Below, one piece after another: positions 29,600 to 39,426 of a DNA stretch of 64,000 nucleotides. Within the stretch, counting starts at the first letter, position 1. The number at the start of each line of letters is the position of its first letter. The notes beneath the pieces are model-generated. The model was not told the origin of the DNA, ran no database searches, and saw nothing but the letters and a program-made list of their open reading frames with translations. Location of the stretch: the NCBI GenBank assembly GCA_965214095.1, contig OZ243938.1, forward strand, positions 1,152,001 through 1,216,000, read 5' to 3'. A program made the position numbers and the translations under genes. Source of the DNA: Candidatus Poribacteria bacterium. GTDB lineage: Bacteria; Poribacteria; WGA-4E; WGA-3G.

Positions 29600-30886
29600 T
29601 TACTTTAGTTTCGCTAATACCTCAGATGCGACTTGTATGGTTTTATCTATATCTTCTTCAGAGTGGACTAACGAAACAAATCCCGCTTCAAATTGTGACG
29701 GAGCGACATATACGCCACGTTCAAGAAGACCCCAGAAATACTCACGAAAACGATCTGTATCAGCGGTGCGTGCACCATCCGCATCCGTTACAGTTTCTGA
29801 TGTAAAATAGAGCATCAACATAGATCCTACGCGGCTGTGCCATGCATCAATTCCGTGTCTTTTAGTCGCATCGGCAAGTCCATTCGCCAGAACTGTAGCA
29901 CATTTTTCAAGTCTATCATATATTCCAGGTTTCGCAAGTTCCTTTAGAGTCGTTAAACCCGCAGTTACTGCTAACGGATTTCCAGATAAAGTTCCTGCCT
30001 GATAAACATCTCCTTCTGGTGCAACACATTTCATAATCTCTCGTTTGCCACCATAAGCACCGACTGGCAATCCACCACCGATGATTTTTCCGAGACAAGT
30101 CATATCTGGCGTAACATTATACAATGACTGTGCTCCGCCATACGCTACGCGGAAACCGGTTATCACCTCGTCAAAGATTAGCACGATACCGTGCTGTTCA
30201 GTAATCTCACGTATTTCATTGAGATATCCATCACGCGGCGGTATGATACCCATGTTTCCCATGATCGGTTCAAGGATGAGACACGCTATTTCATCTGGAT
30301 TTGCCTCAACGGTAGTCTTCAATGCTTTAGCATCGTTGAATGGTATCGTTAATGTATTTCGGGCAAAATCTTCAGGCACACCGCCACTGTCCGAAAGACC
30401 GAATGTGGCAATACCTGAACCAGCCTTTGCTAATAGATAGTCCACATGTCCGTGATAACACCCGTCAATCTTTAGGATTTTGCTGCGTCCTGTATATCCG
30501 CGTGCAACACGAATAGCACTCATTGTCGCTTCTGTTCCGGAATTGACAAGTCGGACCTTCTCAATAGATGGAACGGCATCCACAATGATTTCAGCAAGTT
30601 CGGTCTCTAAAGTTGTCGGTGCACCGAAACTTGTTCCACGCGCTGCCGCATGACTAACTGCTTCTACAATAGATGGATGTGCATGTCCTAATATGAGTGG
30701 TCCCCAAGAGGCTACGTAATCTATGTATTCGTTGCCATCAATGTCGTAAATCTTGCATCCGTTTCCACGTTCAATAAAGCGGGGATGTTCACCCACCTTG
30801 CCGAAGTTACGGACAGGACTGTTGACACCACCCGGGATAAATTGTTGCGAATTCTTCCAAGCTGATAACGATTTGTTACTCTCCAA
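29600..30886 (-). CDS. hemL: Glutamate-1-semialdehyde 2,1-aminomutase
   Basis: [31 protein letters not shown]; TTG start with GGAGG RBS. Confidence 0.97.
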   Translation of the reverse strand: MESNKSLSAWKNSQQFIPGGVNSPVRNFGKVGEHPRFIERGNGCKIYDIDGNEYIDYVASWGPLILGHAHPSIVEAVSHAAARGTSFGAPTTLETELAEIIVDAVPSIEKVRLVNSGTEATMSAIRVARGYTGRSKILKIDGCYHGHVDYLLAKAGSGIATFGLSDSGGVPEDFARNTLTIPFNDAKALKTTVEANPDEIACLILEPIMGNMGIIPPRDGYLNEIREITEQHGIVLIFDEVITGFRVAYGGAQSLYNVTPDMTCLGKIIGGGLPVGAYGGKREIMKCVAPEGDVYQAGTLSGNPLAVTAGLTTLKELAKPGIYDRLEKCATVLANGLADATKRHGIDAWHSRVGSMLMLYFTSETVTDADGARTADTDRFREYFWGLLERGVYVAPSQFEAGFVSLVHSEEDIDKTIQVASEVLAKLK

Positions 30887-30956
30887 TTCATTCCTCCAAA
30901 TAAGTTAATATCATACCAAATTAAAATAATAAATATTGTCTTCTGATTCTACTATT

Positions 30957-31934
30957 CTATTGATCAAGCCATTCTACAACAGACTTTGCGAAGTAAGTTA
31001 AAATCATGTCTGCACCAGCGCGTTTGATACTCGTTAATAACTCCAGAGCTACACGTTTCTCATCTATCCAACCGTTTTGTGCTGCAGCCTTCACCATAGC
31101 ATATTCACCACTAACGTTATAAGCTGCAACTGGCATCTGAAATTCCGATTTCACTTGATGGATAACATCAAGATAAGAAAGTGCTGGCTTTACCATAACA
31201 ATATCCGCACCCTCCTCAATATCCAAGGCAACTTCACGTAATGCTTCTTCAGCATTTGCTGGATCCATCTGATAAGAGCGACGGTCTCCAAATTGCGGTG
31301 CAGATTCTGCTGCCTCGCGAAAAGGCCCGTAAAATGCTGAAGCGTATTTTGCAGAATACGCCATAATCGGTATGTGATCATACCCTTCTTCATCCAAAGC
31401 GTACCGTATTGCACCCACACGTCCATCCATCATATCAGATGGCGCGATGACATCTGCACCAGCATGTGCATGGGATATACTCTCTTTGACAAGCAGGTCA
31501 AGCGTTGGATCATTCTGCACTTCACCATTTTCTATGATACCACAATGTCCGTGGTCTGTATACTCACACAGACACACATCTGTAATTACAAGTAGATCAG
31601 GAACTGCATCTTTAATCGCACGAACTGCTTGTTGTATGATTCCATCTTCTGCATAAGCTTCAGACCCATGCGAATCTTTGGATTCAGGAATTCCAAATAG
31701 TATCGTTGCAGGAATCCCAAGGGATGCAATTTCCTTTGCAGCATCCACAAGTTTATCTACGGAGTATTGATAGCATCCCGGCATAGATGATATTTCTATT
31801 GCCGTATTCTCCCCATGAACAACAAACATCGGATAAATCAGATCATCTACCGATAGATGTGTTTCACGCACAAGACGGCGAATGTTCTCATTTGCACGAA
31901 GTCGTCTTGGACGATAGATAGGAAAAACGCTCAT
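30957..31934 (-). CDS. hemB: Porphobilinogen synthase (Zn-type)
   Basis: [27 protein letters not shown]. Confidence 0.97.
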   Translation of the reverse strand: MSVFPIYRPRRLRANENIRRLVRETHLSVDDLIYPMFVVHGENTAIEISSMPGCYQYSVDKLVDAAKEIASLGIPATILFGIPESKDSHGSEAYAEDGIIQQAVRAIKDAVPDLLVITDVCLCEYTDHGHCGIIENGEVQNDPTLDLLVKESISHAHAGADVIAPSDMMDGRVGAIRYALDEEGYDHIPIMAYSAKYASAFYGPFREAAESAPQFGDRRSYQMDPANAEEALREVALDIEEGADIVMVKPALSYLDVIHQVKSEFQMPVAAYNVSGEYAMVKAAAQNGWIDEKRVALELLTSIKRAGADMILTYFAKSVVEWLDQ

Positions 31935-32827
31935 TCAGTCTCCGATGCATCCGATTTAATTTCATGCTTTTTCAACTCAAATGTTCTTACTTCTGTAGTG
32001 GATTCAGCACTTGGAAACGTATCTTGTAGGATTGGTTTTTCAGCTTCTTGGTGAAATTTGACAATACCTACATCGGGTGCTAACCACACCGTTGTAATCG
32101 TCTCACCTGCTCCAGGTCCTCCTCCTCCACCTATTTTCGGCATCACCGTTTCAGTTCTGTACTCTATTTTCAAACAATTCTCAAATTCTCCAGCTGCTGT
32201 TTCAACGGTTTCTTTCGCTAAAATATTTCCTGTTTCCAATATTGTAAAATAAATAGTGGATCCTGATGAAGCACCTGCTAATTCTGGATCGTTTTCAGAT
32301 GTTTCAAAGTTTAATGTAATCTTTATCAACGGCTTAATTCTATATGAATCCCATTCTTCATTCAAGGTTATTGGATAAGGAAGTAAATAAAAATCTTCTT
32401 GGTTTTCTATTTCTATATCAAATTTAGGTTGAAATTGAGCATCAGGCGGCATATTTTCTCGTGAATTTTCAAAAGAACCTTCTAATTCTTTAGTAAGTCG
32501 ATTCTTATATGCTTTCTTCACCGCATCTCCGATATGGAACTTTATACCTGTTTCGTCTACCTTTAGAAGAATTGGATGGACATGATAATCATAATTCTCC
32601 CAATTTTCAAATGACGGTTCATATTCAAAAGCATGATACTTTTCACCTGCAATCTCTTCTCCATCAACTGCGCGTCGTGTCAATTCGTTACCATCCTGAT
32701 CTTCGTAGACCCAAAAACTGCCAATAGTTGTAGGAAAATAATTCTCTGCTGAATCATCTCCCATCAATGTTCCACTAAGACAGAAAATAAAAAGTAACAG
32801 TATTATAGCATGCATTGTTCTTAACAT
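31931..32827 (-). CDS. Secreted DUF3108-like protein, array paralog 5
   Basis: Signal peptide; [19 protein letters not shown] ... [12 protein letters not shown] ... [12 protein letters not shown]; ATGA overlap with hemB. Confidence 0.8.
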   Translation of the reverse strand: MLRTMHAIILLLFIFCLSGTLMGDDSAENYFPTTIGSFWVYEDQDGNELTRRAVDGEEIAGEKYHAFEYEPSFENWENYDYHVHPILLKVDETGIKFHIGDAVKKAYKNRLTKELEGSFENSRENMPPDAQFQPKFDIEIENQEDFYLLPYPITLNEEWDSYRIKPLIKITLNFETSENDPELAGASSGSTIYFTILETGNILAKETVETAAGEFENCLKIEYRTETVMPKIGGGGGPGAGETITTVWLAPDVGIVKFHQEAEKPILQDTFPSAESTTEVRTFELKKHEIKSDASETE

Positions 32828-32861
32828 TTTATCTTACTCCAATTTGTCGAATCTGAAACGA

Positions 32862-33785
32862 TTATTCGCTTTTCTCACTATCAGTATCGTCTGTTTTTAT
32901 TTCATATTCTTTCAATTCAAAGGTGATCGGTTCAGGATTCTCGGGTTTTGGGATACCTGCGTCTTCAGGAATTATTTCTAAAAAAATGTGTTGCCTTTCC
33001 TGATGATATTTCACTATTCCAACATTGGGTGCATACCATACTGTAGTTACAGTTTCTCCAGCAGGTTCTATATTATCGTCATCGGGATCAAACTCATTTG
33101 GAAAAAGTGATAATGTCGTTTCTGTGCGGTACTCAATCTTTAGACAATCCTCAAAAGTTCCTGCTGGTACAATTACAGTTTCTGAACCAGTAACGATTCC
33201 CGTTTCACTTATATCAAAAATAAAAGACATTGTCTCAGACCCAACAGGTATACCTGACTCGCTGACTGTCATTTTTATCTCACCTTTTTTCTCAGTTACA
33301 TCCCATTCTTCATTTTCAACAACTGTATCAGGCAGTAAGAGAAAATCGTCTTGTGCTTCAGTTATAATGTCAATGTCAATGTCAATGTCAACAGGTCCTC
33401 CTTGAGGGGCCTCTTTCATCATAGCTTCAGAAAAAGAATCTGCCTCGTATTTTAATCGTGCTTTTAATGCCTTTTCTACTTCATCACCAACAACGAGCAC
33501 TATTCCATCATCATTGACTTTATATAAAGATGGACTGAGAAAACAACTATATTCCTGCCAATTTTCTAATTCAGGTTCATAACTGAAAGCAGATAGGACT
33601 TCATCACCAATTTCTTCTCCTTCAACAGCGCGCCGTGTAAACTCGTTTTCATCCTGATCTTCGTAAATCCAATAACTGTCTAACGCATCGGGGAAATACT
33701 TGGTAGACGATTCGTCACCTAACAAGATCACACTAAAAGATAAAACAAACAGCAAAATCATTGCTGTACAAACTCTCTTGATCAT
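32862..33785 (-). CDS. Secreted DUF3108-like protein, array paralog 4
   Basis: Same motifs; start moved to ATG 33785 with GGAG RBS. Confidence 0.8.
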   Translation of the reverse strand: MIKRVCTAMILLFVLSFSVILLGDESSTKYFPDALDSYWIYEDQDENEFTRRAVEGEEIGDEVLSAFSYEPELENWQEYSCFLSPSLYKVNDDGIVLVVGDEVEKALKARLKYEADSFSEAMMKEAPQGGPVDIDIDIDIITEAQDDFLLLPDTVVENEEWDVTEKKGEIKMTVSESGIPVGSETMSFIFDISETGIVTGSETVIVPAGTFEDCLKIEYRTETTLSLFPNEFDPDDDNIEPAGETVTTVWYAPNVGIVKYHQERQHIFLEIIPEDAGIPKPENPEPITFELKEYEIKTDDTDSEKSE

Positions 33786-33804
33786 GGGTTTACTCCATTT
33801 TGAT

Positions 33805-34770
33805 CTATTCTTTCTCACTTTCATCTTCAACTTCTTCAGGAACAATTTCATAACTCTGTAATTCATAAGATATCACTTTAGGTGCAAGAAGGGCATCTAT
33901 ATCTGGTTGTGCCAATGATGCCTCAGAAAAATCAGAATCTGACATAGTATTTAAGAAAATCTTCTCCGATTCTTGATGAAACTTAACAATACCGATGTTA
34001 GGTGCTAACCATATTGTAGTAACAGATTCACCCGGTTGTTCCTGATTTGGATTAGGTTCAGATGCAGTCAGTTCAGTTTCCGTTTGGAATTGAATTTTCA
34101 GACAATCTTCAAATGTGCCAGCAGTTACATCTACGGTCTCTGTGCCGAGGATTATACCAGTTTCTTGAATATCAACATCTAATGTAATTGTTGGGATCTC
34201 AGGAGCACCTTGAAAGTCCGGTAACCCTTGGATATCCATCGTAAAAGATATAGTAGCATTGACATTGAATGAATCCCACTCCTCATTAGGTGTCACGTCC
34301 AATGGAAGTAAAAAACTATTTTCCTCAGCTTCTGCTTCCACATCATAGATGAGGCTAATTGTAATATTCAGTTCAGGTGGTGCAGTGGTGGCAAAAACAT
34401 TCTGGGCAAGTTCAGAAATAATGTCCATCTCTTTACCGAGACGGGCTTTTATTGCATTTTCTACTTCTTCTCCAACAAGACATGAGACCCACTCATCACC
34501 AACATGGAACAGGTATGGCGCAAAATGTCTCTCAAAATCAATCCAATCTTCCAATTCAGGATCATAACTGAATCCGTTATATGTTACACCAGATATCTCT
34601 TCACCATCCACGACTTGCCGAGTTAATTCATTTCCGTTCTGATCTTCATATACCCAATAACTTCCAAGTGTACTTGGAAAATATAATTTTGCAGTTTCAT
34701 TACCCTTTAGTGTAGCACTTAGAAGTAAGACAAGTAGAATTGAAAAAATAAAACTAATTCGCTTTAACAT
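33805..34770 (-). CDS. Secreted DUF3108-like protein, array paralog 3
   Basis: Same motifs; signal peptide. Confidence 0.8.
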   Translation of the reverse strand: MLKRISFIFSILLVLLLSATLKGNETAKLYFPSTLGSYWVYEDQNGNELTRQVVDGEEISGVTYNGFSYDPELEDWIDFERHFAPYLFHVGDEWVSCLVGEEVENAIKARLGKEMDIISELAQNVFATTAPPELNITISLIYDVEAEAEENSFLLPLDVTPNEEWDSFNVNATISFTMDIQGLPDFQGAPEIPTITLDVDIQETGIILGTETVDVTAGTFEDCLKIQFQTETELTASEPNPNQEQPGESVTTIWLAPNIGIVKFHQESEKIFLNTMSDSDFSEASLAQPDIDALLAPKVISYELQSYEIVPEEVEDESEKE

Positions 34771-34803
34771 GTGAATTTTCCTTTATCATCTGTGCGAAAA
34801 CAA

Positions 34804-36561
34804 TTAATTCTTGTTATCTTTATTTACATCAACAGTTTTGATTTCATATTCTTTTAATTCAAGTGTTTCTTCTTCAAATGAGTTGAACATTTCAATATCT
34901 GCTTCTGTTATATCTTGTTCATTTTCTGCACTCTTAGATAGAGCCTTCAGCAGTATATTTTCACTTTTTTTATGGAATTTAACAATACCAATATGAGGAG
35001 CAATCCATAGCGTCGAAATCGTTTCTCCAGGTGTACCTATGTTCTCTGACTGCCATCTGTCAGAAACATTCATTGTCGTTTCGGTACGAAATTCAACCTT
35101 TAAACAGTCATTAAACTTTCCTGCTGTAGTTTCAATAGATTCTCTACCAACAATTTTACCTGTTTCAATGATAGTAATGTCCCATATATTTCTACTAAGT
35201 GGTCGGTTGATCGGTCTATTTTGTGTGTTCGTACTAAAATATTGTATATCAATCTTTGCTTCAAATTTCGTGACATCCCATTCTTCATTTGTTTGAATAA
35301 TGTCTGGCAAAAATTGTAATGATTCTTCTGACTTGACATCTACTTCATATTTTAATTCAAAACCTCTTTGCTCTTGGGTTGTAGTGTCATTTTTCATCGA
35401 TTCTTGTAATCTGTTTGTAATTCCTTCAATTACATCTAATTCTTTTTTCAGCCGTGCTTTAAGTCCTTTTGCCGCCGAATCACCTACATGCAATACTATT
35501 CCATCATCCGCAACTTCATACAATTCTGGATTCATATAGACATTGTACTCTTCCCAATTTTCTATTGCAGGTTTATAATTGAATGCCTTCAACCGCTTTT
35601 CTGGTATCACTTCATTCTCCAAAGCGCGACGAGTCAATTCATTTCCATCTTGGTCTACATAAACCCAATAACTGCCGGGACTAACAGGAAAGTAGTTGGT
35701 ATTAGCCTCTGTTTCAGTTAACTTGATTTCATATTTCTTGAGTTCAAGGGTGTTTTCAGTTGTTGTGAATGGAATTTCATCAATCGGAGCTGTCTTGAGG
35801 AACATATCTTCCATTTCTCTGTGACACTTTACAATACCAACATTCGGAGCTAACCACAAAGTTGTCACCGTTTCTCCAGGCGGATTACCATCTCTTTCGA
35901 ATGCCATACTCATTTCTGTTTCGGTCCTGAATTCTATTTTTATACATTCTTCAAACGTTCCTGCTGGTGTCTCAACTGTTTCTCTATCTACCACCGTCCC
36001 CGATTCAATCACAGAAAAATTAATGTCCATCCGTTCAATATTATTATCCGAATGGTCATTTACACTTATTTGAAGTGTAGTTTTGAGTTTGCTCGTATCC
36101 CATTCTTCGTTCAATGAAATTGGTAGTGGAAGAAAAAGGTATTGTTCAGAAGAATCAGTGATTACTTCATAACTAATTTCTGCATCGTCGGGAGGCTCCA
36201 TAAGAATAAGTGTCTCAATTTCTCTTGTTAATCGTGCCTTGATAAGCTCTGCTATTTCATTACTATTGTAGAATGTGATACCATCGTCATCTACATAAAA
36301 ACGGTTAGGTTGCAAATGTGGTATATAGTCAAACCATTCTTCTATTGCAGGTTCATAACTGATTGCATGAAAGGTTTGGACAGGTATTACTTCATCTTCA
36401 ACAGATTCTCGGGATATTTCGTTACCATCTTGGTCTTCGTAAACCCAATAACTTCCGACATCACTCGGAAAATATACACTTGAGGATTCATTTCCAAATA
36501 TTGTAATACAAAAACACAGCAATAGTATTGATACGAAAGTCAGACATAGTTTATTCAACAT
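34804..36561 (-). CDS. Secreted protein with two tandem DUF3108-like domains, array paralog 2
   Basis: YFP..GSYWVY.DQDGNE occurs twice (about aa 30 and 290), each followed by a WxAP.(V/I)GIVK motif. Confidence 0.82.
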   Translation of the reverse strand: MLNKLCLTFVSILLLCFCITIFGNESSSVYFPSDVGSYWVYEDQDGNEISRESVEDEVIPVQTFHAISYEPAIEEWFDYIPHLQPNRFYVDDDGITFYNSNEIAELIKARLTREIETLILMEPPDDAEISYEVITDSSEQYLFLPLPISLNEEWDTSKLKTTLQISVNDHSDNNIERMDINFSVIESGTVVDRETVETPAGTFEECIKIEFRTETEMSMAFERDGNPPGETVTTLWLAPNVGIVKCHREMEDMFLKTAPIDEIPFTTTENTLELKKYEIKLTETEANTNYFPVSPGSYWVYVDQDGNELTRRALENEVIPEKRLKAFNYKPAIENWEEYNVYMNPELYEVADDGIVLHVGDSAAKGLKARLKKELDVIEGITNRLQESMKNDTTTQEQRGFELKYEVDVKSEESLQFLPDIIQTNEEWDVTKFEAKIDIQYFSTNTQNRPINRPLSRNIWDITIIETGKIVGRESIETTAGKFNDCLKVEFRTETTMNVSDRWQSENIGTPGETISTLWIAPHIGIVKFHKKSENILLKALSKSAENEQDITEADIEMFNSFEEETLELKEYEIKTVDVNKDNKN

Positions 36562-36610
36562 GTTGCATTTCCTTTTTATCTCCCCTCAATTACTGGACTA
36601 ACAAAAACAA

Positions 36611-36690
36611 TAGTAAATTCTAAAATTAACAATACACGCTACATTAAGAAAAAACGCGCTTGTAGTCGCGGAATTCATTACGCCTCTTAC
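36611..36690. repeat. Degenerate shell plus GTAG REP inside the array
   Basis: TAGTAAATTCTAAAATTAACAATACAC (family B-like end) then GTAGTCGCGGAATTCATTACGC. Confidence 0.4.
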
Positions 36691-36691
36691 A

Positions 36692-37585
36692 TTACTCGGT
36701 TACTCCGATTTCCGGTGAGTCTGTTTTTATCTCATAACTTTTCAATTCAAAATTGGTAACTTCATCAGAATTCTCACCGTTGCTCATGTATTTTACAATA
36801 CCAATATTTGGAGCTAACCATAGTGTGGAAACTGATTCTTGTAGCTGCTGAGTCGGTATTAACTGCTTTATTTGTGGTGGAAGAGTCGTATCTGTAGATG
36901 TCAATGTCCTGTATTCAATTTTTAAACAATCATCAAACTTTCCTGCTTCAGTCTCAACTGTTTCTTTCCCTACTACTTTGCCTCTCTCTTCAAAACTGGT
37001 CGTAGATACAATGGATTTAAGTTCTTCTGGAGGATCAACTGCCGCACCATTTATATCCATATACATATTTACCTTTACTTCTAATTCCATGGCAATCCAT
37101 TCTTCATTATAGGTAATCGGTATGGGAAAAAGATAGAAATAATCTTGGGCAGTAGGATCAACTGTGTAGTCAAATTCAATCGTAACATCAGGAGGGAGTT
37201 GTTCGGCGATCAGAAGACGCATAGATGCAATCGTTTCATCAAGTTTCTTGCTGAGGATAGATTTGGTTGTAGTTTCTATATCATCGCCAACATATAATGC
37301 GACCCACTTCTCTCCAATATTATATAGAAATGGATGCATCAGATACTGATATTTTTCCAGATCCTCAATTTCTGGTTGATATGAAAATGCATGATAAGTC
37401 ATACCTTCTATATTCTTATCTTCAACAGCAGATCGGGTTAATTCGTTACCATCTTGATCAACATACACCCAAGTGCTACCAACTGTATTAGGAAAATATA
37501 GTTCTGCCGACTCCTTACCTATTGACGAAACGCTTAGACCGAAAATGAGTAATAGTGTAAATAATGACCGAGAAACTCTAAACAA
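36692..37585 (-). CDS. Secreted DUF3108-like protein, array paralog 1
   Basis: TTG start with GGAGG RBS; same conserved motifs. Confidence 0.8.
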   Translation of the reverse strand: MFRVSRSLFTLLLIFGLSVSSIGKESAELYFPNTVGSTWVYVDQDGNELTRSAVEDKNIEGMTYHAFSYQPEIEDLEKYQYLMHPFLYNIGEKWVALYVGDDIETTTKSILSKKLDETIASMRLLIAEQLPPDVTIEFDYTVDPTAQDYFYLFPIPITYNEEWIAMELEVKVNMYMDINGAAVDPPEELKSIVSTTSFEERGKVVGKETVETEAGKFDDCLKIEYRTLTSTDTTLPPQIKQLIPTQQLQESVSTLWLAPNIGIVKYMSNGENSDEVTNFELKSYEIKTDSPEIGVTE

Positions 37586-37620
37586 TTATTATTCCTCCTG
37601 AAAATTAACATCACCTATTT

Positions 37621-37649
37621 AGTATACACGAAGATACTGCCTATATCAA
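37621..37649 (-). promoter_or_regulatory. Putative sigma70 promoter of the paralog array
   Basis: TTGATA-17 bp-TATACT. Confidence 0.5.
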
Positions 37650-37659
37650 GGAAATTAAT

Positions 37660-37812
37660 GGAATGTAAAATCTTTAGCACTAACTTCCTACCATCCATTG
37701 TAGTGTGAGGTCTCTGTGTCCCGTAGTTGTTGATAGATTGAATGATGGTGGGGCACGGAGACCCTGTACGACAATGAGTAATGTGATATTTTGCCAAAAA
37801 CTTTACACATTC
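37660..37812. repeat. Family A shell with inverted GGGGCACGGAGACC REP pair
   Basis: Right TIR TGCCAAAAACTTTACACATTC; left arm is a degenerate reverse complement of 39040-39107. Confidence 0.6.
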
Positions 37813-37835
37813 AGCATCACGCCACAAAACCAATA

Positions 37836-38597
37836 TCACTCCAAAACCTTCCTACGACTTGGAGAATCAATAAACAACGAATCCCCTCCATCAATCGTCA
37901 ACTCCAACCCTGTCACCCACGCAGCCTCATCCGAACAGAGCCACAACGCGCCATACGCCACATCAATCGGATTACCAAGACGTTCTAACTGAGGCTCAAC
38001 CGGGGCGATTTCTCCATCCGGCAAAGGATCCCAGATGATCCCAGGACATAACGCATGGACACGGATATTTTTATCGTACAGTTCTTTCGCAAGGTTTTTC
38101 GCAGTTGCTACCATCCCCGCCTTCGCAGCAGCATAAGCAACGTTAGCATCCTGACGAACACGCGCACCCGCCGAAATCGTGACAATACAACCGCCACCCC
38201 GTTTCTCCAATATCGGCACAAGTAGACGAACAGGATTGAAGAGCGTCCGCAAATTATTTTGCAACGCGCCATCCCAATACTCTGGATCCATTGTAGTGAT
38301 ATCGTGTTCCGTTGAGAAAAAACCACCTGCTGCATGGATAAAACAGTCAACACCACCATATTCCGAAACTACAGCATCAATAAGGGTGTCTACTTGATCA
38401 GAATCAGTCAAATCACTCTGATACATATACACATCACCACCGTTATCACGGATACGTCCTGCGGTTTCTTCCATCTTTTCTGTCGTGCGTGCAGCAAGGG
38501 CAATCTTGGCACCTTCTTGTGCAAATAGCAGTGCCGTTGCCCGACTCATATTTGAACCGGCACCACCGATCAATACAACCTTATCTTTCAATCGCAT
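37836..38597 (-). CDS. SDR family oxidoreductase
   Basis: Rossmann start (atypical GGAGSNMS), YAAAK, LCPG, IDGG. Confidence 0.88.
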   Translation of the reverse strand: MRLKDKVVLIGGAGSNMSRATALLFAQEGAKIALAARTTEKMEETAGRIRDNGGDVYMYQSDLTDSDQVDTLIDAVVSEYGGVDCFIHAAGGFFSTEHDITTMDPEYWDGALQNNLRTLFNPVRLLVPILEKRGGGCIVTISAGARVRQDANVAYAAAKAGMVATAKNLAKELYDKNIRVHALCPGIIWDPLPDGEIAPVEPQLERLGNPIDVAYGALWLCSDEAAWVTGLELTIDGGDSLFIDSPSRRKVLE

Positions 38598-38704
38598 TTT
38601 TATTTTCCTTTTTTATTATCACAATGTTCTCGGGGTAAACCAACTGGAGAGTGTAAAACAACAAGGACACAGAAGATCTCCCTTCCATTCCTCCATAGAA
38701 CAGA

Positions 38705-38733
38705 AATATACCACATTTTGAACAAAATGTCAA
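38705..38733 (-). promoter_or_regulatory. Putative sigma70 promoter with palindromic operator
   Basis: TTGACA-17 bp-TATATT; palindrome ACATTTTG-AA-CAAAATGT at 38713-38730. Confidence 0.5.
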
Positions 38734-38750
38734 AGTCATGCAATAATTAG

Positions 38751-39107
38751 GGGTGTGTAAAGTTTTTGGCAAAATGGACACAGACATCCTGTAGGAGGGA
38801 TCTCCGAATCGCGAACTGTCGGGAATCGGATGCCCGCCTGCAAGTAGGCATTGGTCAGAAAACAGCAATTATTCAACGATTGAATACCTCTGCGTATGTC
38901 ATGAATGTTTGCATTAATTGCATTAATTTCTATTATATTTTGGATTTATTTATGAAAAAACCTTCGCGAAAAAATAGAGTTAGATTCAGTCATAATAAGA
39001 GATTATCAATGAGCTGGGTGTACTTCTGAGACTGAAAGAATGTGGGGCACGGAGACTCCGCAAGACAATGGTTGGTGAGAACTTAGTGCCAAAAACTTTA
39101 CACACCC
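38751..39107. mobile_element. Intact MITE (family A)
   Basis: Perfect 21-bp TIRs GGGTGTGTAAAGTTTTTGGCA; 9-bp direct repeat AATAATTAG at 38742-38750 and 39108-39116. Confidence 0.8.
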
Positions 39108-39126
39108 AATAATTAGCAGGGTTATT

Positions 39127-39263
39127 TAGTTTTCGGTAATTCTGATAGATTTGTTCACATATTAATATAAAGCAATGCATAGTAGTAGGCACACTCGGTG
39201 TACCGTATACCTTAGCGCACAAGATAGACGGCACACTTCGTGTGCCTACTACTATGAACATTT
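39127..39263. repeat. Family C REPIN-like element
   Basis: GTAGTAGGCACAC...GTGTGCCTACTAC inverted doublet with conserved leader; homolog at 61966-62160. Confidence 0.75.
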
Positions 39264-39426
39264 TTATTTTTTGTTGCCATTTACTACCATGTAACGTTAT
39301 AATTACTATTTTAGTGTAATAAAATAAAACTTTATAGCGTTAAAATGATACAGATTACAATAATTGGAATTTGAAGTAAGTTCATTTTAGGAGGAAAGAA
39401 GCGGAGGAAAACCGTTTTTTAGATAG

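Noticed and set aside
22354-31934. Tetrapyrrole cluster as a novel pathway
   Set aside because: The sirC-ccsA-hemA-hemC-cobA/hemD arrangement is well known; late heme genes are absent from the window, so the route cannot be called
37615-39261. Short ORFs 37615-37839, 37705-37992, 38581-38868, 38766-39029, 38986-39261
   Set aside because: They overlap MITE/REP elements or the SDR gene and have no coding features
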